A DNA stretch of 64,000 nucleotides, from the NCBI GenBank assembly GCA_964106645.2, contig OZ067041.1. One strand, given 5' to 3'. The stretch comes from Podarcis pityusensis. Lineage: Eukaryota. The notes beneath the pieces were generated by a model, which was not told where the DNA came from, ran no database searches, and saw only the letters and a list, made by a program, of their open reading frames with translations. The translations under genes and the position numbers were made by a program. Position 1 is the first letter of the stretch, and each line of letters opens with the position of its first letter. Shown here in pieces: positions 1 to 12,200 of the stretch.

Positions 1-1106
1 GTGCTGGTAAGCAAAGTGCTCACGGTAGAAAAAACATTGCATAAATGTCTAAACTTACTGTTACTCTAGGTCATCACCAATTCAGACAAACATCCCACTT
101 CCTTTTCAAACACACATTTCTCCAAACACAAACCTACGATCAGCCAAACCAGCATCCCACCCCCACTTTTCCAGTTGGGATGAAGGCCAAGTGAAAAAGC
201 AATGTTGGTATTTTATGGTGAAACTGCTTCTGGAACATATTGTGCCACTCTAGATGTTGCTTCCAGTAGCCTTTTCACAAGTTTGCAGTTCATGTCAGCA
301 GCAAGGTCCCATTCCCAGTGTCAAGAAAGCATGTGAATGAACAGACCCACATAAGTCTTTAAAATGTGGACACATTTAACACTGAATGGAACATAGTAAA
401 TATGCTACCAAGGAACACACCAATGGCACAGCCGCCTCCTTCAGCAAATACAGGGCTCACATTTAAAATTTCTTGCCAAGGCATAATTTTTGGATGGTTC
501 TTTAGATGTACCAACCATGGCTGGTGTATTTGTGCCAGTTAAGAAGTTAAGTGTTGTGCTTTCCTATAGCTCTTGCCACTCTTAAGGAAAAGACCAGTGA
601 AGGAAAAAGGATACCTGGTGAAGCAGAACAAATCCAAGGCTAGTTGCAAACTATAGGAACCAGTGTGGTTGAAGTCATCTTCCTTGCTGCCATGGACAAA
701 TGCTGCTTCCATATGTTCTCAAAGCCATTGCTTATCATGGCTATTAGTAGCTTCAGTTGCTGGTAGTGCTGGAAGAACACATTTCAAACATACATAAACT
801 TTTAGCTTTGGCTGCATTCTCTTCAACTGCCTCATAAATAGTTTGTTGATTTATCTAGTGCCATCTGCATTGACTAGCAGTGGTTCTTCAGACTGAATTT
901 AAGATCTTTGGCCTTAAGGCGTTACAGGCATCTTCAAATGCCTTTCTGATGCTGTGTGCTGATTTTATCAAATTTTGTTCAGGCAGCTTTTTTTCCTGAA
1001 GTTTTTACTAAAAGCATCTCCCCCCGCCCCCCAACCCACCGCCAGATGTACATGCACTCCAGTTGTGTGCTTAAGGCATACCCAAAGCAACTCTCATTCT
1101 GCACTC

Positions 1107-1186
1107 AGTTCTGGTCAGTGTGTTAGGTTTTAGTTCATTTCTGAATCACTCAGCAGTTGAACTTAAAAACAGTCATCACATGAACT
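1107..1186 (-). ncRNA. SNORD5: Box C/D snoRNA SNORD5, intronic in the TAF1D 3' region
   Basis: Minus strand reads AGTTC-AT-GTGATGA (box C, 1179-1173)...AAGTTCAACTG-CTGA (D')...ATGAACTAAAAC...CTGA (box D, 1118-1115)-CCA-GAACT, with terminal stem AGTTC/GAACT. The guide is complementary to the conserved 28S segment CAGCAGUUGAAC. It matches my recollection of human SNORD5, which TAF1D hosts. Confidence 0.85.
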
Positions 1187-2743
1187 ATTGTGCAGAATCT
1201 AGACTCACTTATGAATGCCACTTTATTGTTACTCAGTCAAGTCCTTGGTTAATATACACATGGTTTGAACACCAACATCCAACTGCCCTCTTTCTCCATT
1301 TCATTCCTATTTAAACCCCTCCCCCCCAAAATCTGGTTCTTCTGTTCTATCTTGAATTGCTGCTGTCCCATCTCCTTAACATCTACACCTTATTGCAGCA
1401 AAGTCAAAGTACAGGGAAATGAAATATTCACGTGTTCTCCCCCTGCCTAATTTTCCTCCTCCCTCCATTCCCTTGTCTGTTTAAGATTGTATGTTCCCGG
1501 GGGCAGGGCTCTGTCATACCTGTTCTTTGCGAAATGCCACCTACACGTACATGGTAATATATTAATAAAATACTACTACTAAAAAAATTCGAATAGTACA
1601 ACCGCACCAAAAATTTAGATCCTACTACCTCATGCCAAAGCACTCATTTCAGGTGATAAAAATAAGATTGCTGGCACTGATGGTACTACTCCAGAACAAA
1701 TCACTGTTCTAGATTAAAATGAGGTATATGGAATATGATAAATGCTACTACACTGTGCTGAGATCTAGTAACTCATGAAGTCAAGCAATGTTCAGATATG
1801 AGCATGTGCAGCATGTGCATGCTTTAAATATTAAAAGGGGCTGATCAAGTAAGCACTTTGGGGATGGGAAGAGCTTACCAAGAGCAGTACCCAGTTATCA
1901 CATCTTGCTAGATTAGATGCCCAACTCTAGGAAACTTTTTAGGAAACTTAGAAAGCCCCAAGTAAGCAACACACACTAAGGTAATACAATAGTTTGATTG
2001 CCATGTTCAAGTAATGAGATTTACACAGAAGCTATTTAGCTGTTAAATGGCTCAGGCCACAATCCCATGCACTCTCCTGAAGTCCTAATGGGTTCATAAG
2101 AAAAAATACTCCAGCACACACAAGTTCCATTTAAAAAAGAATGTTAGCTAGCACTCCAATAAAGCTGGATTTTGCACCTAGTTAATGGGGCAACATATTT
2201 AACAATACACTGATGGCAGCCCCCAGAACTGCAATTTGTCAACTCCCCGTGACAGATTCTTTGCCCACCCTTTCAGCAAGGCAGCTTGCAACTGTAAAAG
2301 CTATCCATAAGATCTGCAAGAAAAACCCTGTTGGAATCAAGTCAACAAGGGGATGTACAGTAGTGCTGCTCAAACACCTGCCTCAAAAGCATTTGTTCAA
2401 GGGTCCCTTAGCTAAAAGAACGTATGACCACAGCTAATAGCCCATCTAGAATAACTCCATCACTACCCTCCTACTCTAGTGTAAAGCAGGAAAATCTCAC
2501 AACTTAAATCTAGGCAAAAGAGGCACCTGTCTTGTGTGCATGCACTCTCCACCTTACTGCAGCAGCAATATCAGAATCTCCAGCTTCCAATTGTAATTTA
2601 TTTAAAATATGGTTAGTGAGAACAAGCCCAAGTCTGAAGACACGCTATTTTAACATTTTAATTTAAAGGTATCCACTACTGAAGCTTCTTGCTCATTTCC
2701 TTCCTTACTTTCTTTCTTTGCTATATTCTGTAAATAGGCTCAC

Positions 2744-5274
2744 TTACTTTGACTTCCTCTTGCGTGTCTTCTTTGGAATTTCACTACTTAGTATGAAACA
2801 GCTGTTTTCCTATGGCAAAGAAACAGACAAGGTAAATGTAACACACAAACATGTGAATAGAGATCAAATCAACCAAATATACAGAAGTTTCCCGTTACAA
2901 AGCCTATTCCTGACACATAATTATAGAACCATACATCCTAGGTGCATGGGGTTTTATTCAAATGAGTCCTGTTCAGAGCAGGCCGACTGAAATAAATTTG
3001 AGTTAGTCGTGTCCATTAACTTCAATGGGTCTACACTGAGTAGGACTAGTGTGGAGTACCACCCATGGGGTTTTTTTTTATTTAAAAAATGGCTACCATT
3101 GGAGCATGGCATAACAAAATGGCTGCCACATGCAAGAGCAGGAGAAGACAACCATAAAATGGGCGAGGCACCTACATCACTCACCACAACTTGCTTACAA
3201 AAAGCTGCTCTCTGGCCTCTCTGTTCAGAAGACAGGAGGGAATGTCCACTGGTTGAAAACCACTGAGTTAAAGTGATTGACTTAAGTCAGCAAAGACTTA
3301 CCACTATCTTGGCACCCATTTCTTCTTTATCTGCAGAACTCTCAGTCTGGTCATCTCCACTGAAATACAGCAATTGCCCAGTTATCTGTATGTAAGTTGT
3401 AAATGAGAATAGTAGAAACATTGAATTCATATAGCGCTTTCTAGCTTTCAAAGTGCTTCCTGTGCATTTCCTAGTTATAATTCTTACAACTCCCCAATAC
3501 AGAGTGCAAGGTGTCAGTATTATCCCCCTACAGACTGTTACTGAAACCTTTTCATTTCAGGACTGCATGTTGTAGTAAGTCTGAACTTGGAAGGATTTTA
3601 TTCCCGTCCACTGAGAAACTCAAGAATTAAGGTGTGTTCCTGTAAAATCTGCAAGAATACATTTGTTAAATAGGAAGCACATTACAACATTGCAATCCTG
3701 ATATTTCTGAAAGCGTGCCACACGTCAGACACATTCTCAAGAGATTTATAGGTTTTTATCTGTTTCTCTCAAAGTTTAATTTCCGGGTGTGTCTATAGGA
3801 GTATACTTTCTATGGTATAATCTAAGCGGTGAACAATCAACTATTGATACAAGCAAGGGTTGAGGAAGATGGCTTAGCAGGACGTAGATCAGCAGATTCC
3901 CATTTTCAACTCTACCCTTGCATTGAAGTTTCTACTGAGTGCACAGATGTGGCGCAGAACTTTAGAAAGCGTAATTATACATACTTTGTCTCCACAATGG
4001 GAGAAAGAGGTTCATCCTCATCCACGTATTTGTACTTTCTTGACGCCAGACTTTCATTTTCTAGATCATCCACAGCATTCAACTGCGTCAAAGATTTTTC
4101 CATGAGCTGCTCTAATTTCAGCGTTTCAATGTATCTGAAGTATCCATTTAAAGCTGCTTGCTGGGGGAGAAGAAATTTGCTCTATGAACATAAACCAGGA
4201 CAAAAGACTCTGAAAGCCCACAAATTTGATTATGCAGTGTACCAATGCGGCTTTCTTTCAAATGCAAAGCAGTTTTTCCCAATCAAGTTTGTTACTCAGG
4301 AAGCAAATTATTAACACTATGCAGTACGAAAGACCAGAGCATTATTGTATATAGTTGCTTTCTCTAAATCAGTGTTTCCCTAAGTACCCAAACTTCATTT
4401 TCCAAATAAACACAAATGCAGGTTACCTAAAAAAAGAAATCTACTGCAGATAGCTAACTACAGTGATGGAACAATGCTGCTGACAAAAGTAGATCCAAAC
4501 ATCAATATACTGACAGCAGCGTACTAGGTTCATCCTTCTCATTAGGATTATTTTAAAGGTTGTTCATAATTTTTATTTCATTTCTGTGTATAATGTAAAT
4601 GTTACTCTGGTTGATTTTAATAATTTTATAATTTCAAGCTTCAAGGTGTCTTATTTTATAACATCATCTTTCTTTACTATGTTGCAGGATGTAGGTAAAT
4701 ATATATATACATAAAAGAATGCAAATTTGTCAATGAATCTTTGTCTGTTCACTTAAAGAAGGTAAATTTCCAGGGGTGTGTGGAATATTTTTTTTTCCGG
4801 AAAAGGGCACGGTAGGCCAAATAAGTTTGGGAACCTCTGCTGTAATTTAACTGCTACTTACCTCATACAGACACACCATTCTAAAGGGAATGCGTTTCAC
4901 TCCGTACAGTCTCTCCACAAAAGGAAAATTAACAACTTTCTCAGTAAGTTTCTTTTTCCGTTTCTTTCCTGGGACTCTTGGCTGCTGTCTCTTCTCACAA
5001 GTTTCTTGCTCCTTGCATTTCACAGTTTTCCTCTTTGCGACTTTCTTCTTCCTAGCACTTGGCCTCCACTTTCTCCTCTTCAGATGCTGCTTCCTTCTGA
5101 AGTAGTCAAAGAGGGCTCTGAGGTCAAGTTTAGGTTTGGGCAACTTAGGCTTTAGAGAGCCATTCTGTGTTTTATTGCCAGATGGACTCTCAGGAGATTG
5201 ACCAACAAGACTTGCTGGCAGCATACCTTTCATTTTCTTTGAGGGCTTCAGTGAATGCAAACCAGTTAGTCCTG
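2744..5274 (-). CDS. TAF1D: TATA-box binding protein associated factor, RNA polymerase I subunit D (5' coding exon(s) not resolved)
   Basis: Phase-consistent GT-AG exons 5274-4862, 4160-3985, 3359-3302 and 2809-2748 (TAA at 2746-2744 on read-through). Peptides FPFVERLYG...YE/QAALNGYFRYIETLKLE...LENESLASRKYKYVDEDEPLSPIVE and ENSCFILSSEIP resemble TAF1D. Head-to-head with C11orf54, as in human. Confidence 0.85.
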
Positions 5275-7199
5275 CTGAAACAATGAAAGAAAATGATTGC
5301 TCTTCGATGGTATTTTAATCAATCTATTTAGATCAGAGCATACCAGTCTAATACAGAAAATCTTTAGCAGAGTGCAGTGACCCCTCACCTCCAGAGCCCA
5401 TGGGGTTGCGTTTCCTACAAGTGCTTAGGAAAGGCTGCAGCCTTCATTTTCAAGAAGCTTACAGGGACAAGGTAGATTCTTCCTAAACTGTTTCTTGTAC
5501 AGTTTTACAGTCTACTCCTATTTTTGCCAACTTTACATACTGCTGATCTTTTAATTATTTTATCATTTTATTGACTGTTGCACATCTTGTCACCATCAGT
5601 CATACTGCACCCACTGGGCAAAAAATTAATTGAGTATTTGGGTGCTATGGAGAAAGCCTTCCCAACTAGGAAAGAGTTTATCATGGGGTCTTACTAAAAG
5701 AAGAATGTAGATGGAAATGCATTAACAGAAGTAGCAAAGCCATTATACAGATGAAGGGGGAATTCATTAAAGCTGAAGGACAGTGACTAGGTTTTATCTT
5801 TTTCATGTTTTGTGTCTGAAATACAGAAACCATTTAATCAGATGCTAACCTATTTACAATCTGTATCAAGCCTTGGGAAGCATGGCATCTGTATCAAGCC
5901 TTGGGAAGCATGAGCGCTTGTGATCTTCAGCATTGCTGAACACTTGAGTTTTTGCCTTCAGCAATATCAGCTATAGTCTGTTTCTAGTTTGTACTAGGAG
6001 TCAAGTACGCACATCAACTATTCGCTAAATTATTAAGGCAACTTCAGGACTTCAGTCCCTAAAACCAGTGTGGTTGTATTTTCAAAGAAATCTCACACTA
6101 TCCATTTGCCCAACACAGGCTTCTTAGCCATTTAAAATGCATTTAATCTAGACTTATTTATCTTTTGCTACCACAAAGTTACCACAACCCAAAGGTGTGA
6201 AAAAGCCTTAAGTACCCAAACATCAGTTACTGAAAAGGTGTCCCTAATGATACACATTTAGATGCACATATACCGTTACTTTACTGGTATAATCACAGAG
6301 GCTCTTATCAGCATGCTCTGATGAGGTCAAAATGAATCTACCCTAAAATCCAGTGGGATTTTCCCAAATCTGCATAGCATCCTCCATAAAATCATAGTAA
6401 AACATGTTCATTATCTGCATGTTTGCAATAGATCATACTTTAATTCTAGTAACATTTTCATCTCACCCCGTTTTCAGCCGTTCCTGTTTTATTTTTAAGC
6501 TGCCTCAAGTGCACGTCAGGCACTTGTATATTATAAATACACAATCATATAGTACTTTTAATCCTCCACATATTTACCAAGGCATGTTAAGAGGTGGGCC
6601 AGCTCAATCCAATGAGTTTGATTAAATCAGCCTGGTGCCGCAGCGAGGTCAGCCCTTTGCATTCAAATCCCCAGCCACACATTCATGGTTAACCCCCATG
6701 ATTTTGGGCCTGTTACTGATCTCTCCACCTAACCCACCTCGCAGGATTGTTGTGAATATAAAATAATAATAATTTATCATTTATACCCCGTCAAGCTACT
6801 CTACGACCACTACCTTGCGCCCTTTAGGGGAAAAGTCAGGAATTAACAGTAAACACGGATCGCCTCTCAAACCCTTTTAATGTGCTAAAGCTATTCTCGA
6901 GCATTAACCCTCGGCTCCCCGGTCTACCAACCAGGACTAGCCCAGGCCCAACCTTAACCGTTGAAGGCAACGGAAAAGCGGCCGGGGGGGGGAGGGAACC
7001 TGGCCTTTCAATTTTTATAGTTCCCCCTCACCCCACAATATCCTACCCACATCCTACATTAGGCGCCCCTAAACCTTTTCCCAACAGGCCTATCTCATCA
7101 CAGGACGCCAACCGAGCCGATGCCGAAAGATTGCAGCAACCCACCTCCTCCATTTTGCCGGTTCAACAAGGCCGCGCAAGAGCCGCCGGGCCGCTTAAG

Positions 7200-7456
7200 T
7201 ACGCTGTTTTTCCCGCCAGATCTCGCGAGAGTTCGGTTTCGGCGCCGATGGGAGGAAGGGACCGGATGCGCTGGAAGGAGCAGCCTCGCGCCGCCATCTT
7301 GAGAGCGGCGACGGGCAGAAATGGGCGTGGCTGGGTGCGGCGCTCCAGCTGCGAGGTGATTGGACGAGGGGCAGGTGACGCTACCATAGGAAAGAGGCAG
7401 TCAGAGAAAGGAACTTGAGACGGCGGTAGGGCGCTGAAGTTTGCATTCCTGTAAGT
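7200..7456. promoter_or_regulatory. Bidirectional CpG-island promoter of TAF1D/C11orf54
   Basis: CpG-rich. E2F-like TTTCCCGCC ~7209-7217, TCTCGCGAGA palindrome (BANP motif) 7221-7230, YY1 GCCGCCATCTTG 7290-7301, GC box GGGCGTGGC 7323-7331, ATTGG (CCAAT) 7359-7363. GTAAGT donor at 7451 for a probable non-coding first exon of C11orf54. Confidence 0.8.
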
Positions 7457-7806
7457 TGAAGCAGCCTTGGGTCGAGGTGTGTGTGTGTGTGTGTGTGCCA
7501 AGAATTGTTTGCACGGGTTGGGGGGATGCATGCTGAAATGCAATGCATGTTTTGCTCATTGAGACTGCATGAGGAATTGGGCGTGGGTTTGTAAGGCGAG
7601 GCTGCAAACCCAGGCGCTTTGCTAACTATTGTCATCATTGCTATTTTTTTAACTGCTTGCCCACCCGAGGTGCCTAGAGAGAGTTGCAGCCATGCAACAT
7701 GGAACTGGGCCTAAGCAATTTGTTAATTGTTAATTTGGACTAGGATCCCTTAGAACCCCTTCCAACTCTACAACGTTGTGGTTAGCGTTGAAATCCCATT
7801 CTCCCT

Positions 7807-8277
7807 TTGTTGTTGTTGTTGTTTAGTCGTTTAGTCATGTCCGACTCTTCGTGACCCCATGGACCAGAGCATGCCAGGCACTCCTGTCTTCCACTGCCTC
7901 CCGCAGCTTGGTCAAACTCATGCTGGTAGCTTCGAGAACACTGTCCAACCATCTCGTCCTCTGTCGTCCCCTTCTCCTTGTGCCCTCAATCTTTCCCAAC
8001 ATCAGGGTCTTTTCCAGGGAGTCTGCTCTTCTCATGAGGTGGCCAAAGTATTGGAGCCTCAGCTTCAGGATCTGTCCTTCCAGTGAGCACCCAGGGCTGA
8101 TTTCCTTCAGAATGGATAGGTTTGATCTTCTTGCAGTCCATGGGACTCTCAAGAGTCTCCTCCAGCACCATAATTCAAAAGTATCAATTCTTTGGCAATC
8201 AGCCTTCTTTATGGTCCAGCTCTCACTTCCATACATCGCTACTGGGAAAACCATAGCTTTAACTATATGGACCTTTG
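7807..8277 (-). mobile_element. Bov-B (RTE clade) LINE, 5'-truncated
   Basis: ORF 7835-8284 KAMVFPVAMYGSESWTIKK...RRLLRVPWTARRSN...GVTKSRT is the Bov-B RT C-terminus; (CAA)n-type tail at 7807-7822. Confidence 0.92.
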
Positions 8278-9205
8278 AGCGCAAACTGTTGAAAACAACG
8301 AGGCTTACCTCTGTGTAGACCTATGCAGGTTTGCACTGAACTCAGAGGGACCAGGAGTTCTGAGCAAGCCTTAAGGTTGCACTGCCTCATTGCCTTGTTA
8401 ATGGATAACTGCAACCTTCGTCCCAGAAACACACTGAGGAAATCACATAAGGCAGTTGTTGGGTGAGTGACGGGAGCATCCAGGTGAGGACGTTGTCCCC
8501 TCCATCCCAGGAACCACAACCCCTAGATTACATTAATTATGCTAATTTGTAGAATCTGAGACAAGACAAAATGTCTAGGTGCTATTCTCCTCATGTTTAG
8601 GTGTCAGAAATTAGCCTACTGCCCCTATACTTTCAGTGTGAGGCTAAGGCTGCAATCCTAATCCCATTTAGCTGAAAGTAAATCCCATTGAATTTAATAG
8701 GATATGCGTCTGAGCAAAGCTGCAAATGGGAGAACATGATAGCGGTTTGTATAAATTAGTGGTTGGACGAAAATGGTAATTTAGGTGCTAAATGCAAACC
8801 CAGCAATGTGTTCGTTTATTTGGTGTATGATTAATGGAACAGTGTCAGGCTGCTGAGTTTCGTAACTGTCTTAGTCAGAGAGAATGGAAAGGGAACAAGA
8901 TTTCAGAGAGCAGCTGGGAAAAATAGACATGTTGAAAGCTTGGGAAATGTACAGCTTTGAAAATGGATTATTTGCACAACTAGGTTTCCAGTTACTCAGG
9001 ATGCAGCCTCACATAACATGAGTGTTGCCTGTATCCCAAACAGTAGCTGAAAAGGTATATTGTAAAAAGCCTGTGCAAACACTCACAGCTTGTATTTAAT
9101 CACTAAACTTATGTGTTCATTAACAGACCTTGTAAGCTGTTCTGGGGTGTACTCTGATCTCTCCGCAGCTTAGCTGTTCAGTTTGCTACATGAAATAAGA
9201 AAAAG

Positions 9206-12200
9206 ATGGCCAATGTTGAGATGCTTGCTTTTCATGTACCTAGCCTGGAAGAACTTGTTGGAGGTGAGTAGATATGACTCTTAGATGCTACAGAAATGTT
9301 GTGACGTACAAAATGGGAGGGGAAACCTCTGGAGTCTCCAGTGGAAGCGAGTTCCATAGTTTAACAATGAGCTGCATGAAATAGTAGTTTCTTTTCTCTG
9401 TCTTGCCTCTTTCAACATGCTGTTTCTTGGGATGTCCAATAGTTCTAGGGAGGGAGAAAAACTTAGCTCTATCCACTAGTCCCATATCTATGCCTAATGA
9501 GAAGAGGCAATAGATAACTAAGCTCTTTCCTGCACAACTATTGCACCACCCAGAAGGCATTTGAATGCTGGGTGCACATTTTAATGCGATATCCTTGCCT
9601 TGCTAAGTTGGTGCTTTTTGTTTCGTTTCATTGCAGAAAGCTTGTCCTAAGTATTTCTAAAGACAACAGTAATAATGCACTCTTTACCTTCTTCTAGTTT
9701 TGCAAAATGGACTTAAAGAAAACTTTGCGGATGTTCAGGTTTCTGTAGTGGACTGCCCTGATCTGACTAAAGAACCCTTCACATTTCCTGTTAAAGGTAA
9801 TTAGTGAAATCTATGAAATGTCTGTTTCACAGAGGACTTCTGTTCAAGGTGCCAGCCAGCCGCGTCCTTTTCCAGGATACTCCATTGCGTTCCTCATCTT
9901 CCCCTGCTCCCACTTTTGACTCCTTATCCTCCTCAAAAAGTTAATCCTCATTGTGTTGAGCATACCTAGTCTCCATCTTGGGTGTAGCCAGCATTTATGT
10001 TGTGGGGACAGAACCTCAGTTAAGTAGTTTAATTGTTTTACTTGATCTAGGGAGAGCAGCTGCCCCCCCCCCCAGCAATGTCCATGTTCCCCACTGGGAT
10101 GTTTTTGAGTGTCCCCACTTTTCTGGGGGGTGGGGGTGGTTCTTTTTTAAAAAGAAATCACTTCCAAAACCCTCCAGGATTCCTCTGAGCCTGCTGAGAC
10201 TTTCAGGGATAGGGAACCTCAACCCGACCCAAAAAGTTAAAAAAATTACTGGTCTAAATGTAAAGGGACCCCTGACCATTAGGTGCAGTCGTGGCCGACT
10301 CTGGGGTTGCGACGCTCATGTCGCTTTATTGGCCGAGGGAGCCGGCGAACAGCTTCTGGGTCATGTGGCTAGCATGACTAAGCCGCTTCTGGCGAACCAG
10401 AGCAGCGCACAGAAACGCCGTTTACCTTCCCGCTTTATCTACTTGCACTTTGATGTGCTTTCGAACTGCTAGGTTGGCAGGAGCAGGGACCAAGCAACGT
10501 GAGCTCACCCCATTGCCGGGATTCGAACCGCCGACCATCTGATCGGCAAGTCCTAGGCTCTGTGGTTTAACCCACAGCGCCACCCGCGTTCCAATTTCTG
10601 ATCTACAACGCCCATAATTCCTGACTATTGGGTGTTCTTGCTAGGGCTAATGGGAGTTGTAGTGTAACAACACCTTGCGGACCACAAGCTCCCCACTGAT
10701 CCACATAATGACACTCACAACCTGAAATAGGGGCGTTGGGGATGTTGATATAACATAGGCAGGTCCAATGCTGCAAACATGTCATAAATTCGAGATTCCT
10801 TTGGTTATCGTTGTCTCAAAGTTGGGAGAAGATGGAGCCCTTAATGGCTGTGCTTGAAGAAGAACGCCTCTGCATTTTATACTAGTGATCTGTTTTCTTT
10901 ACTAAACTAGGTCCAGCAGTTGCTGGCCAAATAATAATAATAATAATTATTATTATTTGTATCCCGCCCTCCCTGGCCCAAGCCGAGCTCATAGCGGCTG
11001 ACATCATATAAATAAGACAATATGCGTAATACAGTATACAATACGCAAATAAAATAACATTCAACATTCGTTAAAATAAGATAGAATAATAGTAAATATG
11101 AATAATAGTAAATATCGGCATTTCAAAATTAAACAGAAATCCACTCTTAACAGTTACAATAAGTAATTTCTAAACTCCAATCAATAAAACACAGCAAACC
11201 ACAGTGCACAACCTAATACAATACAAAATGAGAAGCTGAGACTGGAGGGTGGGGCAAGGCAGGTGGAAGGAGGCCTTGCCTGAGGAAGTCTCTCCCCTCA
11301 CAGTTCTTCCTCCAGGCACAGCTTCCTTATGAGGAGTCCCAGGGCCAGGGGGTGGGACAAGGAAGGTGGAAGGAGGCCTTGCCTGATGGAGTCTCTCCCT
11401 GACAAGCAGAGCATAGAGGCAGCGGCCTTCCCTATTATTTGCCCACCGCTGGCTAGTGCAGATTCATAATGGCACTAAATTGCTAATGGGGAGCATTTTG
11501 CCCTCGAGATGTTCTTAGACTCCCCACCATTGGCCCTAGCTTTCTGAAGAAACTAAACTCTTTTGGTCGCCTTGCAGGTATTTGCGGCAAGCCTAGAATT
11601 GCCGACGTGGGCGGCGTTCCATACCTTTTGCCTCTTGTACAAAAAGAGAAGGTGAGTTGTTACTACTTGTGGCCACATAATAGATCTGCCTGCAAACATG
11701 GGATTTGTATCTAATGTGAGTTGTACTCAAGATCCATTGAAATTGTTGGATAATGACTAACTTATGTCCATTAATTTCAGTGCATGGCATCCCAACAAAG
11801 CAGACTTCAGCTGTGCAATGGAACTTCCCCTCTCGCTGTGTGCTCCCCATGACCCCAGATCTGTTCTGGGGGTTCCCTGAACTCTCCAGAGCAGGGGTCG
11901 GCACGGTTTACCTCGTCTGGGCCGGTTCACTCGCTTGGAGATCACTCCATGGGCCGGATTGTGTCTGCACAGACGCAATTTTTGGTGTCTGCGCAGACGC
12001 GATTTTCGGTGCCACGGAAGTGAGTTCCTGCTCCGCGCTGTGCCGGTTTAGCGCAGCATTCAGGGACTCGCCGACTGGGCAGCTCGGTTTGGGGGTGGCT
12101 CGGGGACCGTTTAAACGACCTCCGTGGGCCTCAGGTTTCCGACCCCTGCTCCAGAGCATATTTGGGGAGTGGGAGGGAGCATGGAGAGAGGAGGCGGGGA

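Noticed and set aside
6272-6343. Candidate upstream TAF1D coding exon
   Set aside because: It has AG/GT-like borders, but I could not obtain a phase-compatible open frame with an ATG; left unresolved.
6882-7543. 178-aa and 126-aa ORFs over the promoter
   Set aside because: GC-rich CpG-island frames with no recognisable homology.
7851-8318. MTPWTRACQALL... ORFs (also 37272, 45619, 60981)
   Set aside because: Antisense or alternative frames of Bov-B.
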